Below, one piece after another: positions 18,482 to 27,414 of a DNA stretch of 64,000 nt. Origin of the DNA: Nitrospinales bacterium (GTDB lineage: Bacteria; Nitrospinota; Nitrospinia; Nitrospinales; VA-1); assembly GCA_965223795.1 (NCBI GenBank), contig CBDCXL010000002.1:2432001-2496000 (forward strand), written 5' to 3'. A program made the translations under genes and the position numbers. Within the stretch, counting starts at the first letter, position 1. Each line of letters opens with the position of its first letter. Under the pieces are notes generated by a model. That model had not been told where the DNA came from. It searched no databases and saw only the letters and a program-made list of their open reading frames with translations.

Positions 18482-18775
18482 TCAATCGGCGTCGTGGTCC
18501 TCGTCCACGCCGTATTTGTGATCCAGCTTGTTCATTCGGTACGCGTAGATGAAGATGAGCGCCACGAACACGTAGATGGAACCCTGCTGCGCGAACCAGA
18601 ATCCCAGGTTGAAACCGAAAAACCGGATGGCGTCCAGCTCGTTCGCGAACAGGATTCCCATGCCGTAGGAAACCACGAACCAGACGGCCAGCAGCGACAG
18701 CACGGTGCGGATGTTTTCCTTCCAGTAGGCACGGGCGTTCCGGCTGTGCGAGACGTTGTTTCCGGTTTCGTTCAT
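18482..18775 (-). CDS. DUF4212 small membrane partner of the symporter
   Basis: 'YWKENIR...LLAVWFVVSYG', 'LGFWFAQQGSIYVFV'; lies immediately upstream of the symporter. Confidence 0.9.
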   Translation of the reverse strand: MNETGNNVSHSRNARAYWKENIRTVLSLLAVWFVVSYGMGILFANELDAIRFFGFNLGFWFAQQGSIYVFVALIFIYAYRMNKLDHKYGVDEDHDAD

Positions 18776-18833
18776 TTAAGAATCGTGGATGCTGTGGCAG
18801 GCATTTTGTGTGTTCGCTTGCAGGGCAGCGGTT

Positions 18834-19346
18834 TTAGAACTGCAGCAGAAAATCGTCATCCTGTTCTTCGTTGAGGTATTCGGGCAGGCGAGTGCTGCCG
18901 TCGATGCGCGCCGACTGGATCTGCATGGAGCTCAAGCCGGTGGCTTCGCTGAGGTCGGCGCCCGCGAGGTTAGCCTGGTCGAACAGCACATCCTCGTTGA
19001 ACTGCGCCCCCGTCAGATTCGCGTTGGCAAGATCGGCGTTTTGTAAATTCGATTCCAGCAGTCCCGCGCCTTTCAGGCTCGCGTCCTTGAGGTTCGCGCT
19101 TTGCAGATTGGCTTCCTGAAGCTTGGCCTTGTCCAGCCGCGCCGCCTGCAGGTCGGCGCCGCCGAGGTGGGTGAACTGCAGCCGCGTGCCGGTGAGGCGG
19201 GCGTTTTTCAGGTTCGCCTTCTGCAGCTTGCGGCCCCTGAGATCGGCCTGGGACAGATCCGGGGTGATCTCGGGGTTGGTTTCCCGCCAGCGGTTCCAGG
19301 CCTCGACTCCCTGTTCGAGGTGTTTGAGATGTGCTTCATCAGCCAT
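18834..19346 (-). CDS. Pentapeptide repeat protein
   Basis: 'GVEAWNRWR....PDLS.ADL' followed by A(N/D)Lxx repeats. Confidence 0.9.
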   Translation of the reverse strand: MADEAHLKHLEQGVEAWNRWRETNPEITPDLSQADLRGRKLQKANLKNARLTGTRLQFTHLGGADLQAARLDKAKLQEANLQSANLKDASLKGAGLLESNLQNADLANANLTGAQFNEDVLFDQANLAGADLSEATGLSSMQIQSARIDGSTRLPEYLNEEQDDDFLLQF

Positions 19347-19458
19347 GCGTGCGTCCTCGTGCCCCGATGCGATTGTGCCATCGGGCAGCAAAGCGGTCAT
19401 GATACCATTCCCGGCGGGCTTAAAGAAATCCCTTGTGCCGAAACCGGCTGCGAGAGGA

Positions 19459-20688
19459 TTAGGGGGCGTTCTGCGGAAGGGAAGCGCCTTCTCCGGTGAA
19501 GTTGTAGGCGAAACAGCCGCTGGAACAGCGCACCATGTAATGCGGGCAGCTTTTACAGGGCTCCTTGGCCTGCGTGTCTTCGAACACGTGGCTCAGAAAG
19601 CGGGTGTGCATCTTTTTGATCGAAAGCTCGTTGACCTGGTCGAAGTCGCGCACGTTGCCCATCTTGAAGTTGTGGAAGGGGAAGCAGTTGAAGCAGTCTC
19701 CGTTGGCGTCGATGTCCATCGGGCTGTCGTCGGCGCAGCCAAAATAGAAATCCTTGTCCTGCCACTCGCGGACATCGGGAACCGACTGGCTGCCGTGATA
19801 GAGAAAGCGTTCGACCAGCGGGTACTCGTCTTCCCGGATCTCATCGAGCAGGCAGGGCGGAAACGAGCAGTCGAAGCGGAAGCTCAACTGCGGGAATTCG
19901 TTGAGCAGATCGAGCATCATCCGGCCCATTTTGGGGTAGTGACGGATCGGCAGAGCGGTGTTGTCCTGCTCGCCCACGATGGGAAAGGCCGGGCTGACCC
20001 GCACTTTGTAGCGCTGTCCCGGCGGCAGGCCCATGTACTGGTAGATTTCGTCGATCTCACGAACCTGGGTGAACAGGTCCTGCTCGATCGAGTACAGATT
20101 GAGGCTGAACATGAGGCTGTAGCCGTTTTTTTCGATGACCGCCTCGGCCACCTCGCGGCAGCGGGCGTGGTTTTTTTCACTGATGTTTTCCATCGTCTGC
20201 CAGTTCAACAGCACAGTGAAGGTGATTTGTCTTTCCAGCGCGCCTTTCGGATCGACGGTATCCAGCAGCAGGTTGAGCGCGGAGTCGGGCATCAGTCCGT
20301 TGGTGAAGATCCCCAGATAGGAGAAGGGCTGCATGTTGTCGAGGGTGCGGTTCAAAATGTCGGTGAACCGGGGATGCAGGGTCGGTTCGCCGCCCATGAA
20401 ATTGATCAGCGTGGCGCTGCGGATTCGGGGCAACAGTTCGCTCGTGAAAAAATCGAATTCCATGGATTTTCCGGGCGTCTTGACGGTCTCTTCCATGTAT
20501 TCGTCCGCAAAGCAGTAGTTGCACTTCAGATTGCAATAGCTGTTGAGAATGATGTTCAAGGCGATCCTCCTTTCAGGAGGCAGGGTGCGCTGTGTCAGGG
20601 CCGGGCCCGAAAGGTGCCGGGTTGTAAATGCCTGCACCCAGGGGCCGGTTCGAAGGACCGCCGGGAGAAGGAATTCTGTTTCATTCAT
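19459..20688 (-). CDS. Radical SAM protein with a C-terminal SPASM-type domain
   Basis: 'CNLKCNYC', 'GGEPTLHP', 'FTNG'; C-terminal 'C...IDANGDCFNC' and 'CKSC.....CSSGC'. The true start may be downstream of 20688. Confidence 0.9.
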   Translation of the reverse strand: MNETEFLLPAVLRTGPWVQAFTTRHLSGPALTQRTLPPERRIALNIILNSYCNLKCNYCFADEYMEETVKTPGKSMEFDFFTSELLPRIRSATLINFMGGEPTLHPRFTDILNRTLDNMQPFSYLGIFTNGLMPDSALNLLLDTVDPKGALERQITFTVLLNWQTMENISEKNHARCREVAEAVIEKNGYSLMFSLNLYSIEQDLFTQVREIDEIYQYMGLPPGQRYKVRVSPAFPIVGEQDNTALPIRHYPKMGRMMLDLLNEFPQLSFRFDCSFPPCLLDEIREDEYPLVERFLYHGSQSVPDVREWQDKDFYFGCADDSPMDIDANGDCFNCFPFHNFKMGNVRDFDQVNELSIKKMHTRFLSHVFEDTQAKEPCKSCPHYMVRCSSGCFAYNFTGEGASLPQNAP

Positions 20689-20802
20689 TTTATAAGACTA
20701 TTCCGGCGGAATGGATGTTTTTTCTTACAAACCGCCGGATTCCCACCGCTTTCGGAATGAGGAACCGTTCCGCATGCCGGCATTTCCGGGTTGCGCGGGA
20801 TC

Positions 20803-20831
20803 TTGACTTGCGGCAGGAATTTCAATAACCT
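20803..20831 (+). promoter_or_regulatory. Putative sigma-70 promoter
   Basis: TTGACT-N17-TAACCT, about 60 nt upstream of ATG 20895. Confidence 0.45.
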
Positions 20832-20894
20832 TATGAATACCGCTTTACATCCCCGAGCCGGTCGGCAAGGATCGTATCCATCAACGAGGCCATC

Positions 20895-21773
20895 ATGCTA
20901 GCGTTCGCGAAAGACATCACGCACAACAATCCGCAGCATCCTGAAGAGGAAAAAAACGACGAGCTGAAGCAATACATGGATTATCAGCGCAAGCTGGATC
21001 ACGAGCGGCTGGTGTACCATTCGCTGGATCACGCGAAAAGCTATCTGCAGCAGAACATTCAGGACAGCGCCGGAGACGCGGAAAAACTCGGAAAGTACCT
21101 CAAGCAGGCGTTCCCCAATTCCCACCGGTTCGCGGACGCCGACAGGCTGATGCTGATGCTGCGCAAGCTGGTCAACGGCCACAACTCCACCAACAACTGG
21201 TACCGCATGAACAGTTATTACCTTGCGGTGGTGTACGACAGCATGAAGCGGTTTGTGAAGATCTACAACCGCCTGCTCAATGAGTACCCGGAGAAGGCGA
21301 AGGAGTACCGGGTTTCCGAGGGGGTGGAAGTGGATTTCGACGACTGGGTGTATCTCTATTTCCCGGATCTGGATTTCCACATCGGCAAGCCTCTGGAGTA
21401 CACGCATTACCCCTTCGCCAAGCGCAACAAGGCCATCGAGCAAGAAGTCGACAAAAAAGTGGCCGCGGGCGAATCCCGCGAGGAAGCCCTGAACGCCATC
21501 AAGGAAGAATACGAGATCGACAACATGTCGATCCGGCTGTTGCTCAACAAAGCGGCCGGCCCAAAAGAACTGGAGCTGTTTTACACTTCCGTCGAAAACC
21601 CCATCTACGAATACCTGATGCCCAAACAGGAAGGGCGCTGGGGATTCATGGACGGGGAATCCCTGCTGGATCATTCCTACTACATGGGCTCGCAGCTCAA
21701 GGTCTGGGTATGGAGGAAGCGGGAAGAGGTGGAAGCGATCATGGAAGAGATCAGCAAGGCGCAGAACAAGTAA
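20895..21773 (+). CDS. Hypothetical soluble protein
   Basis: 292-aa ORF with strong GC3 codon bias and RBS GAGG; no motif recognised. Confidence 0.85.
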   Translation: MLAFAKDITHNNPQHPEEEKNDELKQYMDYQRKLDHERLVYHSLDHAKSYLQQNIQDSAGDAEKLGKYLKQAFPNSHRFADADRLMLMLRKLVNGHNSTNNWYRMNSYYLAVVYDSMKRFVKIYNRLLNEYPEKAKEYRVSEGVEVDFDDWVYLYFPDLDFHIGKPLEYTHYPFAKRNKAIEQEVDKKVAAGESREEALNAIKEEYEIDNMSIRLLLNKAAGPKELELFYTSVENPIYEYLMPKQEGRWGFMDGESLLDHSYYMGSQLKVWVWRKREEVEAIMEEISKAQNK

Positions 21774-22172
21774 TTCCCCCCTTTAAAATCCACGCGCTCA
21801 CCCCATCGGGTGCCCCCTTTCGCGACGTGGTATTTCTACGACATCCATAGGAAGCATCGGCCAGCCTGTTTTGGCATTCCCCGCGATATTTTTTTTCCCG
21901 CCCAGGGTCTATTTTTAAAGTGTCTCAAGGATGAATGAGACTGCGGAAATGCAAAAGCGAATCCACACGCATCCGGTGCCACACCGGGAATCGTTTCCGG
22001 AAAGACACGCAGCACGGTTCACAAGTGCATTTCGGCCGGTAAGGATATCGGACTTTAGCAATGGCAGGGCCCGCCGGTTCCGGTTCTCTAAATAATCCCG
22101 GCGGATCTTCTGAGATAAGGAATGGGCGGGTCCTCGCCAGATGAAATTCAATTCATGGATAAGGAGGGCAGC

Positions 22173-22568
22173 ATGGAAAAGGGAAAAATCATGATCGTCG
22201 ATGACGAGCGGGAATCACGGGAAGCCTTGAAACTGAACCTGATGGAGGACCACTACAACATCATTGAAGCGGAAAACGGCCTGGATGCGGTGCAAAAGCT
22301 CGAATCCGGCGACAACCTGGTGAATCTGGGTCTGATCCTGTGCGACATCAACATGCCGAAGGTGAACGGCCTGGAGTGCATGCACTATATGCGCGAGAAC
22401 GCGCCGGGGATTCCCATCATCGCGATCACCGGGCACCCGGATACAGGCATGGCCACGGATTTGATCGCGCACGGCATCAAAGACTATCTGATCAAACCCG
22501 TGGAAAAGGAAACACTGCGCACCACGGTAAAAAAATGGGTGACCGCGGGAAAAGAATTCGACTACTGA
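22173..22568 (+). CDS. Single-domain response regulator; paralogue of 4770-5165
   Basis: 'IMIVDDE', 'CDINMPKVNG', 'ITG', 'YLIKP'. RBS AAGGAGG. Confidence 0.92.
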   Translation: MEKGKIMIVDDERESREALKLNLMEDHYNIIEAENGLDAVQKLESGDNLVNLGLILCDINMPKVNGLECMHYMRENAPGIPIIAITGHPDTGMATDLIAHGIKDYLIKPVEKETLRTTVKKWVTAGKEFDY

Positions 22569-22680
22569 GACTCGCGGGAAGTTCCGGTTCCTGCTTTCAA
22601 AATACGGGAACCGGGACGTGCCAAATTCACAATGCAGCCTAAATTATAAATAGAGAATTATTTCGGGAGGCTTGAAGACC

Positions 22681-22899
22681 ATGAAATGCAACGTGGGAAA
22701 AACCGATCGGATTTTCAGAGTGATCGCCGGCCTGGTTTTGATCGGCGCCGGATTTTACACCGCAGGGACCGTGGGCTGGATCCTGGGCATCGTCGGCCTG
22801 GTTCCCCTTTTGACGGGAGCGACGGGGTACTGCCCGGCCTACGCCCTGTTCAGGATCGACTCCTGCAAACGCGGGGGCAATCCCCTGCATCACGCTTGA
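22681..22899 (+). CDS. DUF2892 (YgaP-like) small membrane protein
   Basis: 'MKCNVGKTDRIFRVIAG...GLVPLLTG..GYCPAY'. Confidence 0.9.
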   Translation: MKCNVGKTDRIFRVIAGLVLIGAGFYTAGTVGWILGIVGLVPLLTGATGYCPAYALFRIDSCKRGGNPLHHA

Positions 22900-22908
22900 G
22901 GCGCGGTC

Positions 22909-24186
22909 ATGAACATGAACGTATCCGAGCGCAATTTTCAGGAAGCGGAAACCGAAATCCGCCGCAGGACAGAGGAATACAAGGTTCTGCACGAAGTGGC
23001 GAAGATCCTGCATCACGCGGACGGCCTTGAATCGATGCTCAAAAACGCCATGATCGCTTTGACCCGGTTCAAGGAGCTGGAAGTGGAGTACAAGGCGGGC
23101 ATCTTCCTGGCGGATGCGGAAAAAAGAGTGCTCAAGCTGTTCTGCACCGTGGGGGATTTCACCGAGGAGTTTCTTGAGAAGGAACGGGAGATCCCCTACG
23201 GGGCGTGCCTTTGCGGGCGCGCCGCGGTGAGCGGCGAAATGCTGATCAGCAACAGCTGTTTCAAGGATCAGCGGCACGAGCACAAATTCGACGGCATGAC
23301 GGAGCACGGGCATTACATCGTGCCGCTCAAAAGTCAGGACAAACTGGTGGGCGTCCTGTTTCTGTACACCGATGAAAACCCGCCCTGGTACGTGCGCAGC
23401 GAGGAGATCCTGCTGTCGATCGGCGGTTTGATCGGCGACGCCATCGTTTCCAAGCAAAGGCAGCAGGAGATCCGCGAGAAAAACGAGGAGCTCAAGGAAC
23501 TCAATGAAACGAAGAACCGGTTTCTCGGCATCGCCTCGCACGATCTCAGAAACCCGCTGTACCTGATCCGCTCGTTCAGCGAAGTCATGCTGGAGGGCAC
23601 GGTCGGGGAGGTCAACGACAGTCAGAAGGAGCTGCTGCAAAAGATCTTCAATGCCAGCGGTTTCATGCGCGGGCTGCTGAACAACCTGCTCGACATCTCC
23701 AAGATCGAAAGCGGCAAGATCGAACTGGACCGCAAGGTGCAGGATCTCAACGCCACGGCCACGCAGCAGATCGAACTCAACCGGCTGCTGGCGGACAAGA
23801 AACAGATCGAGATCGAGGCCCGGCTCGGCGAGGTGCCGCCCGTGGCTTACGATCAGGACGCGATCACGCAGGTCATGGGCAATTTCATCGGCAACGCGGT
23901 CAAATTCTCGCCGCCCGGATCGAAAATCCAGGTGGTCACGGAGCATTGCCGGGACCGGATCCGGTTTTCGGTGATCGACGAGGGGCCGGGGCTGACGGAG
24001 GAGGACCAGAAACTTTTGTTTCAGGAGTTTCAGACTCTGAGCACGAAACCCACCGGCGGCGAAAAATCGACCGGTCTGGGGCTGGCCATCGCCAAGAAGC
24101 TCATCCATCTGCACGGCGGCGAAGTGGGGGCGGTCAGCGAGCCGGGGAAGGGGAGCACGTTCTATTTCACGCTGCCCTTATCGTGA
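22909..24186 (+). CDS. Cytoplasmic GAF-domain sensor histidine kinase
   Basis: GAF 'GACLCGRAA..GE'; H-box 'IASHDLRNPL'; 'NFIGNAVKFS'; 'DEGPG'; 'STGLGLAI'. Confidence 0.95.
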   Translation: MNMNVSERNFQEAETEIRRRTEEYKVLHEVAKILHHADGLESMLKNAMIALTRFKELEVEYKAGIFLADAEKRVLKLFCTVGDFTEEFLEKEREIPYGACLCGRAAVSGEMLISNSCFKDQRHEHKFDGMTEHGHYIVPLKSQDKLVGVLFLYTDENPPWYVRSEEILLSIGGLIGDAIVSKQRQQEIREKNEELKELNETKNRFLGIASHDLRNPLYLIRSFSEVMLEGTVGEVNDSQKELLQKIFNASGFMRGLLNNLLDISKIESGKIELDRKVQDLNATATQQIELNRLLADKKQIEIEARLGEVPPVAYDQDAITQVMGNFIGNAVKFSPPGSKIQVVTEHCRDRIRFSVIDEGPGLTEEDQKLLFQEFQTLSTKPTGGEKSTGLGLAIAKKLIHLHGGEVGAVSEPGKGSTFYFTLPLS

Positions 24187-24367
24187 AGCAGGATCGAGGG
24201 AGGAAAAACCCTTTCCCCTTTTTTCTTGCGAAAGCAAAGCGATACTGCGATCAGGAAGGCGAACTGAGCAAGGGCTGCGCGGGCGGTTTCCGCGATGCCT
24301 GCAGAACCCTAAAAAGACGCTGATTTTCCAGCGGCCTCACCCCCGAGGGGCGCGCGGAAAACAGCCG

Positions 24368-24401
24368 GGGCCCGTGGAGTGGCATCCACGGGCCCTTTTT
24401 T
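24368..24401 (+). terminator. Intrinsic terminator
   Basis: Perfect 11-bp stem GGGCCCGTGGA/TCCACGGGCCC followed by T6. Confidence 0.8.
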
Positions 24402-24689
24402 ATGCTGACGCGGTGTGGCCGGTGGAGAAATCCCGTTATCGGCTGCCAGATGCCGCGCCGCTGGCGGCAAGGTTGAAAGGCACAATGCGGGTCTGTACAT
24501 CAGCGCACATCCTCGAGACGAACCGCGATCGCCTTTGCGTTGTTTTTTTGTTCGGACAAGTGATAGAGAAATAAAGAAATAAAAGGGGGGAGCGCAAAAG
24601 CGGCTTGAAAATCGCGGCTCAATATTTCACACTAGTCGCTCCGTTTTGACATTGAAACTTTTCATCCGCTTCACGCGCAGGACACTGGT

Positions 24690-25307
24690 ATGGATTCAGC
24701 ATTGTTTTTTCTTGGAGTCGGCGGGCTGCTGGCCGTCATTTTATTTCTGGCGTTTGCCCGCTCTGAATGGAGGAACGAGACCAAGCGGGTCAACTTCCGC
24801 TATTCGCTGCTGCCTCCCGAGGAAAAACTGATCTATCTGGCCGAGCACGGCATGGACATGGGGGAGATGAACCGCCTCGTCAAGGTGGCGAGAGGCGATT
24901 ACCAGAGCGCCACGGACGGAATTTCCCCGATCATGGCGACGGTGCGCAAGCTTCCCGGACGCAAGCACGTCAACCCGCTCAGGCGCTTGAAAATCCTGTG
25001 CAAGCTGGCGCAGAGGATGCCGGAGGAGGAGCTGCGTGAAGCGCTGAACCTGCAGGATCATGAAGGCTACACGGCGCTGATGCATGCGGTGCAGAGCTCG
25101 GATGAGGAAGGCGTGCGCCTTCTGCTGTATTTGGGGGCGGACAAGTCCCTGAAAAACAACAAAGGCGAAACCGCTTCCTCGATCGCGCAATTCCATCCCA
25201 AAATCTCGGAACTGGTGACGCAGGCCGCCGGCGAGGACCGCTCCGAAATCCTCGACCCCAAACTCGCCAAGATGCTGAAATCCTTCAAGGGCAGTCTCAC
25301 CAACTGA
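24690..25307 (+). CDS. Membrane-anchored ankyrin-repeat protein
   Basis: N-terminal TM helix; 'DHEGYTALMHAV......VRLLLYLGAD....NNKGETA'. Confidence 0.85.
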   Translation: MDSALFFLGVGGLLAVILFLAFARSEWRNETKRVNFRYSLLPPEEKLIYLAEHGMDMGEMNRLVKVARGDYQSATDGISPIMATVRKLPGRKHVNPLRRLKILCKLAQRMPEEELREALNLQDHEGYTALMHAVQSSDEEGVRLLLYLGADKSLKNNKGETASSIAQFHPKISELVTQAAGEDRSEILDPKLAKMLKSFKGSLTN

Positions 25308-25548
25308 CACGGCCGCCCCCTTCGTTTTCAATCCCTTTCCCTATGCCAGGGTTCCCGGATCCAGCGATCTGCTGATTTTTCTGCACTTTTTCAGCGAGCC
25401 CGCAGGTGACCGGTGTCACAGGCAAATGTGATACCGGTCTATTTGTTTTCAAAGGCAACGCATGTATCTTTTAAATGCCGATCTCAGATCACAATCCAAA
25501 AATACTTTTACTGTTAAAAAAATCGTATCCCCTTTTGGAATAAGGTTT

Positions 25549-26652
25549 ATGAAGACTTTTGTTGTTTCGTTTTGCTCGGGACTGGCGCTGGCCGCGATGT
25601 TTCTGGTCACGGTTCCGGGTTCTTCCCTGGCGGTGGATGCGTCCCTGCAGGGAATCACGGCGCGCAAAGCCACGGATTACCTGCATGCGGTGATCCAGGG
25701 GAGCCGGTCGTTCTACACCAAGCAGATCGTGGAGCGGCTGAACAAGGCCTTGTCTCTCAAGGCTTCGGAAAGCTGGAAAGAGGACAACACGCTGCCGCTG
25801 CCGGCCCAGTTTCTGCTGCTTTCCGCAAAGAACATCAACGACAAGGGGATGGGTCTGAAGATCCGCCTCATCGGGCTGAACCCGATCAACAAGAACAACG
25901 CGCCGGTCAGCGACCTGGAAAAACTGGGGCTGCACGGCCTGGTGTCCAACCCGGAAGAGCCGTTCACCTGGGTGGTGCAGACGGGCGGCCGCTGGAATTT
26001 TCAGTCCATCTATCCGGACATCGCGGTCACGGAAGCCTGCGTGAACTGTCACAACAACCATCCGGATTCGCCGAAAAAGGATTTCAAGGTGGGCGACGTG
26101 CTGGGCGGGCTGGTCATCAACATCCCGCTCAGGCAGGAGGGGATCTCCGGCAAGGAGGACAATTTCCTGGTGCCTCCGGAAGTGATCTCCGACTACATCC
26201 ACGCCATTCTCGATTCGGACCGGATGGTCTACGCCACGCTCATCGTCAACCGGCTGAAGCAGAAGAACATCGTCCAGGCCAAGGAAAACTGGCGCGAATC
26301 CAATTCGCTGCCGCTGCCGGCCCAGTTTCTGCTCAATTCGAGCGGGGTCGCGAGGAAGAAAAAACTGGGACTGGATTTCCGCCTGATCAGCCTGTGGCCC
26401 ATCAATATCCGCAACGGAGCGGCGAACGAATTTGAGCGCAACGCGCTGGAGGAGGTGTCCCTGCATCCGCTGCGGCCGTTCATCAGCAAGATCAAGCTGG
26501 GAAGGCGGCATTATTTCCAGGCGGTGTATCCGGATTTCGCGGTGACGCAGGCCTGCGTCAACTGCCACAACGAGCACCCGAAGAGCCCGCGGCGGGATTT
26601 CACCCTCAACGATCTGATGGGAGCCATTGTGGTTTCGTTCCCCTATCAGTGA
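25549..26652 (+). CDS. Exported diheme protein with two tandem DUF3365/Tll0287-like domains
   Basis: Signal peptide; two homologous halves, each with 'LPLPAQFL', 'PIN..N', 'YPD.AVT.ACVNCHN.HP.SP'. Confidence 0.88.
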   Translation: MKTFVVSFCSGLALAAMFLVTVPGSSLAVDASLQGITARKATDYLHAVIQGSRSFYTKQIVERLNKALSLKASESWKEDNTLPLPAQFLLLSAKNINDKGMGLKIRLIGLNPINKNNAPVSDLEKLGLHGLVSNPEEPFTWVVQTGGRWNFQSIYPDIAVTEACVNCHNNHPDSPKKDFKVGDVLGGLVINIPLRQEGISGKEDNFLVPPEVISDYIHAILDSDRMVYATLIVNRLKQKNIVQAKENWRESNSLPLPAQFLLNSSGVARKKKLGLDFRLISLWPINIRNGAANEFERNALEEVSLHPLRPFISKIKLGRRHYFQAVYPDFAVTQACVNCHNEHPKSPRRDFTLNDLMGAIVVSFPYQ

Positions 26653-26737
26653 GCGCCATCCCGTTGCTGCAAGCCAATCCGATTTTTGAAACTGAAACGC
26701 CGCGGCCGCAAGGCCGCAACGGTCCAACACGAGAGGA

Positions 26738-27031
26738 ATGCCGATGAGTCCGGATGAACGTGAACGAGTGAGATGCGAAATCGAAGGTGTGAAGAAACGG
26801 CTGGAGGCGACCACGCAGGAATTCATCCGCTTTGCGGTCGAGACCTATATCCGCCAGCATCACGGGGATCTGGACGCGGCGCTGAATCAGTTTCTCTGGG
26901 ATGTGAAAAAACACCATTCCATGCAGGGGCCGCTTTTCAATTACATGGAGGGCCCGCACCCCAACCCGATCGAGCGGGACATCATCTCCGTGTTCCTGCT
27001 GATGAAGGACAGCACCGGACGGCCGCTCTAG
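26738..27031 (+). CDS. Small hypothetical protein
   Basis: 97-aa ORF with coding-like codon usage and GAGAGGA upstream. Confidence 0.65.
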   Translation: MPMSPDERERVRCEIEGVKKRLEATTQEFIRFAVETYIRQHHGDLDAALNQFLWDVKKHHSMQGPLFNYMEGPHPNPIERDIISVFLLMKDSTGRPL

Positions 27032-27130
27032 GTTCTATTTTCGCGCGGAGGAGATATTTTCTTTGGCAATCGGCATTCGCTCATCGGGTGCGATCGTTTT
27101 TCCGCAAATTTCCTCAATCAAGAGAACATC

Positions 27131-27171
27131 CTCACGCCGTTCCTCGCCGGAGGGGCGGTTCGCTCACATCG
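27131..27171. repeat. Degenerate copy of the dispersed 32-bp REP-like repeat
   Basis: ctcacgccg-ttcctcgccggaggggcggttcgctcacatcg matches the copies at 40921 and 42650-42789. Confidence 0.55.
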
Positions 27172-27414
27172 TGCAAAATTCTTTGCGGCGCTTCGAGCGT
27201 TGCCTTCGCGTGTGTCATTGTTGAAGTGGCGTCCTGCTTTTGCCATTCCCTGTTTTTGTCGAATGTATCCCCGCATTTGCCCCTGAGCCTGCACGCGCCG
27301 TTTCCTTCCGCTGGGACTCTCTGAAAAAATAGCCTATAATCATCTGCTTTCAACCGCCGCGTCCGCTTTCGCGAATTGAAAAATGCGGGCGCGCTTCACT
27401 CTCATTGCAATCGT

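Noticed and set aside
16670..18874. 734-aa plus-strand ORF
   Set aside because: Antisense shadow of the actP and DUF4212 genes, caused by GC3 bias; no recognisable motifs.
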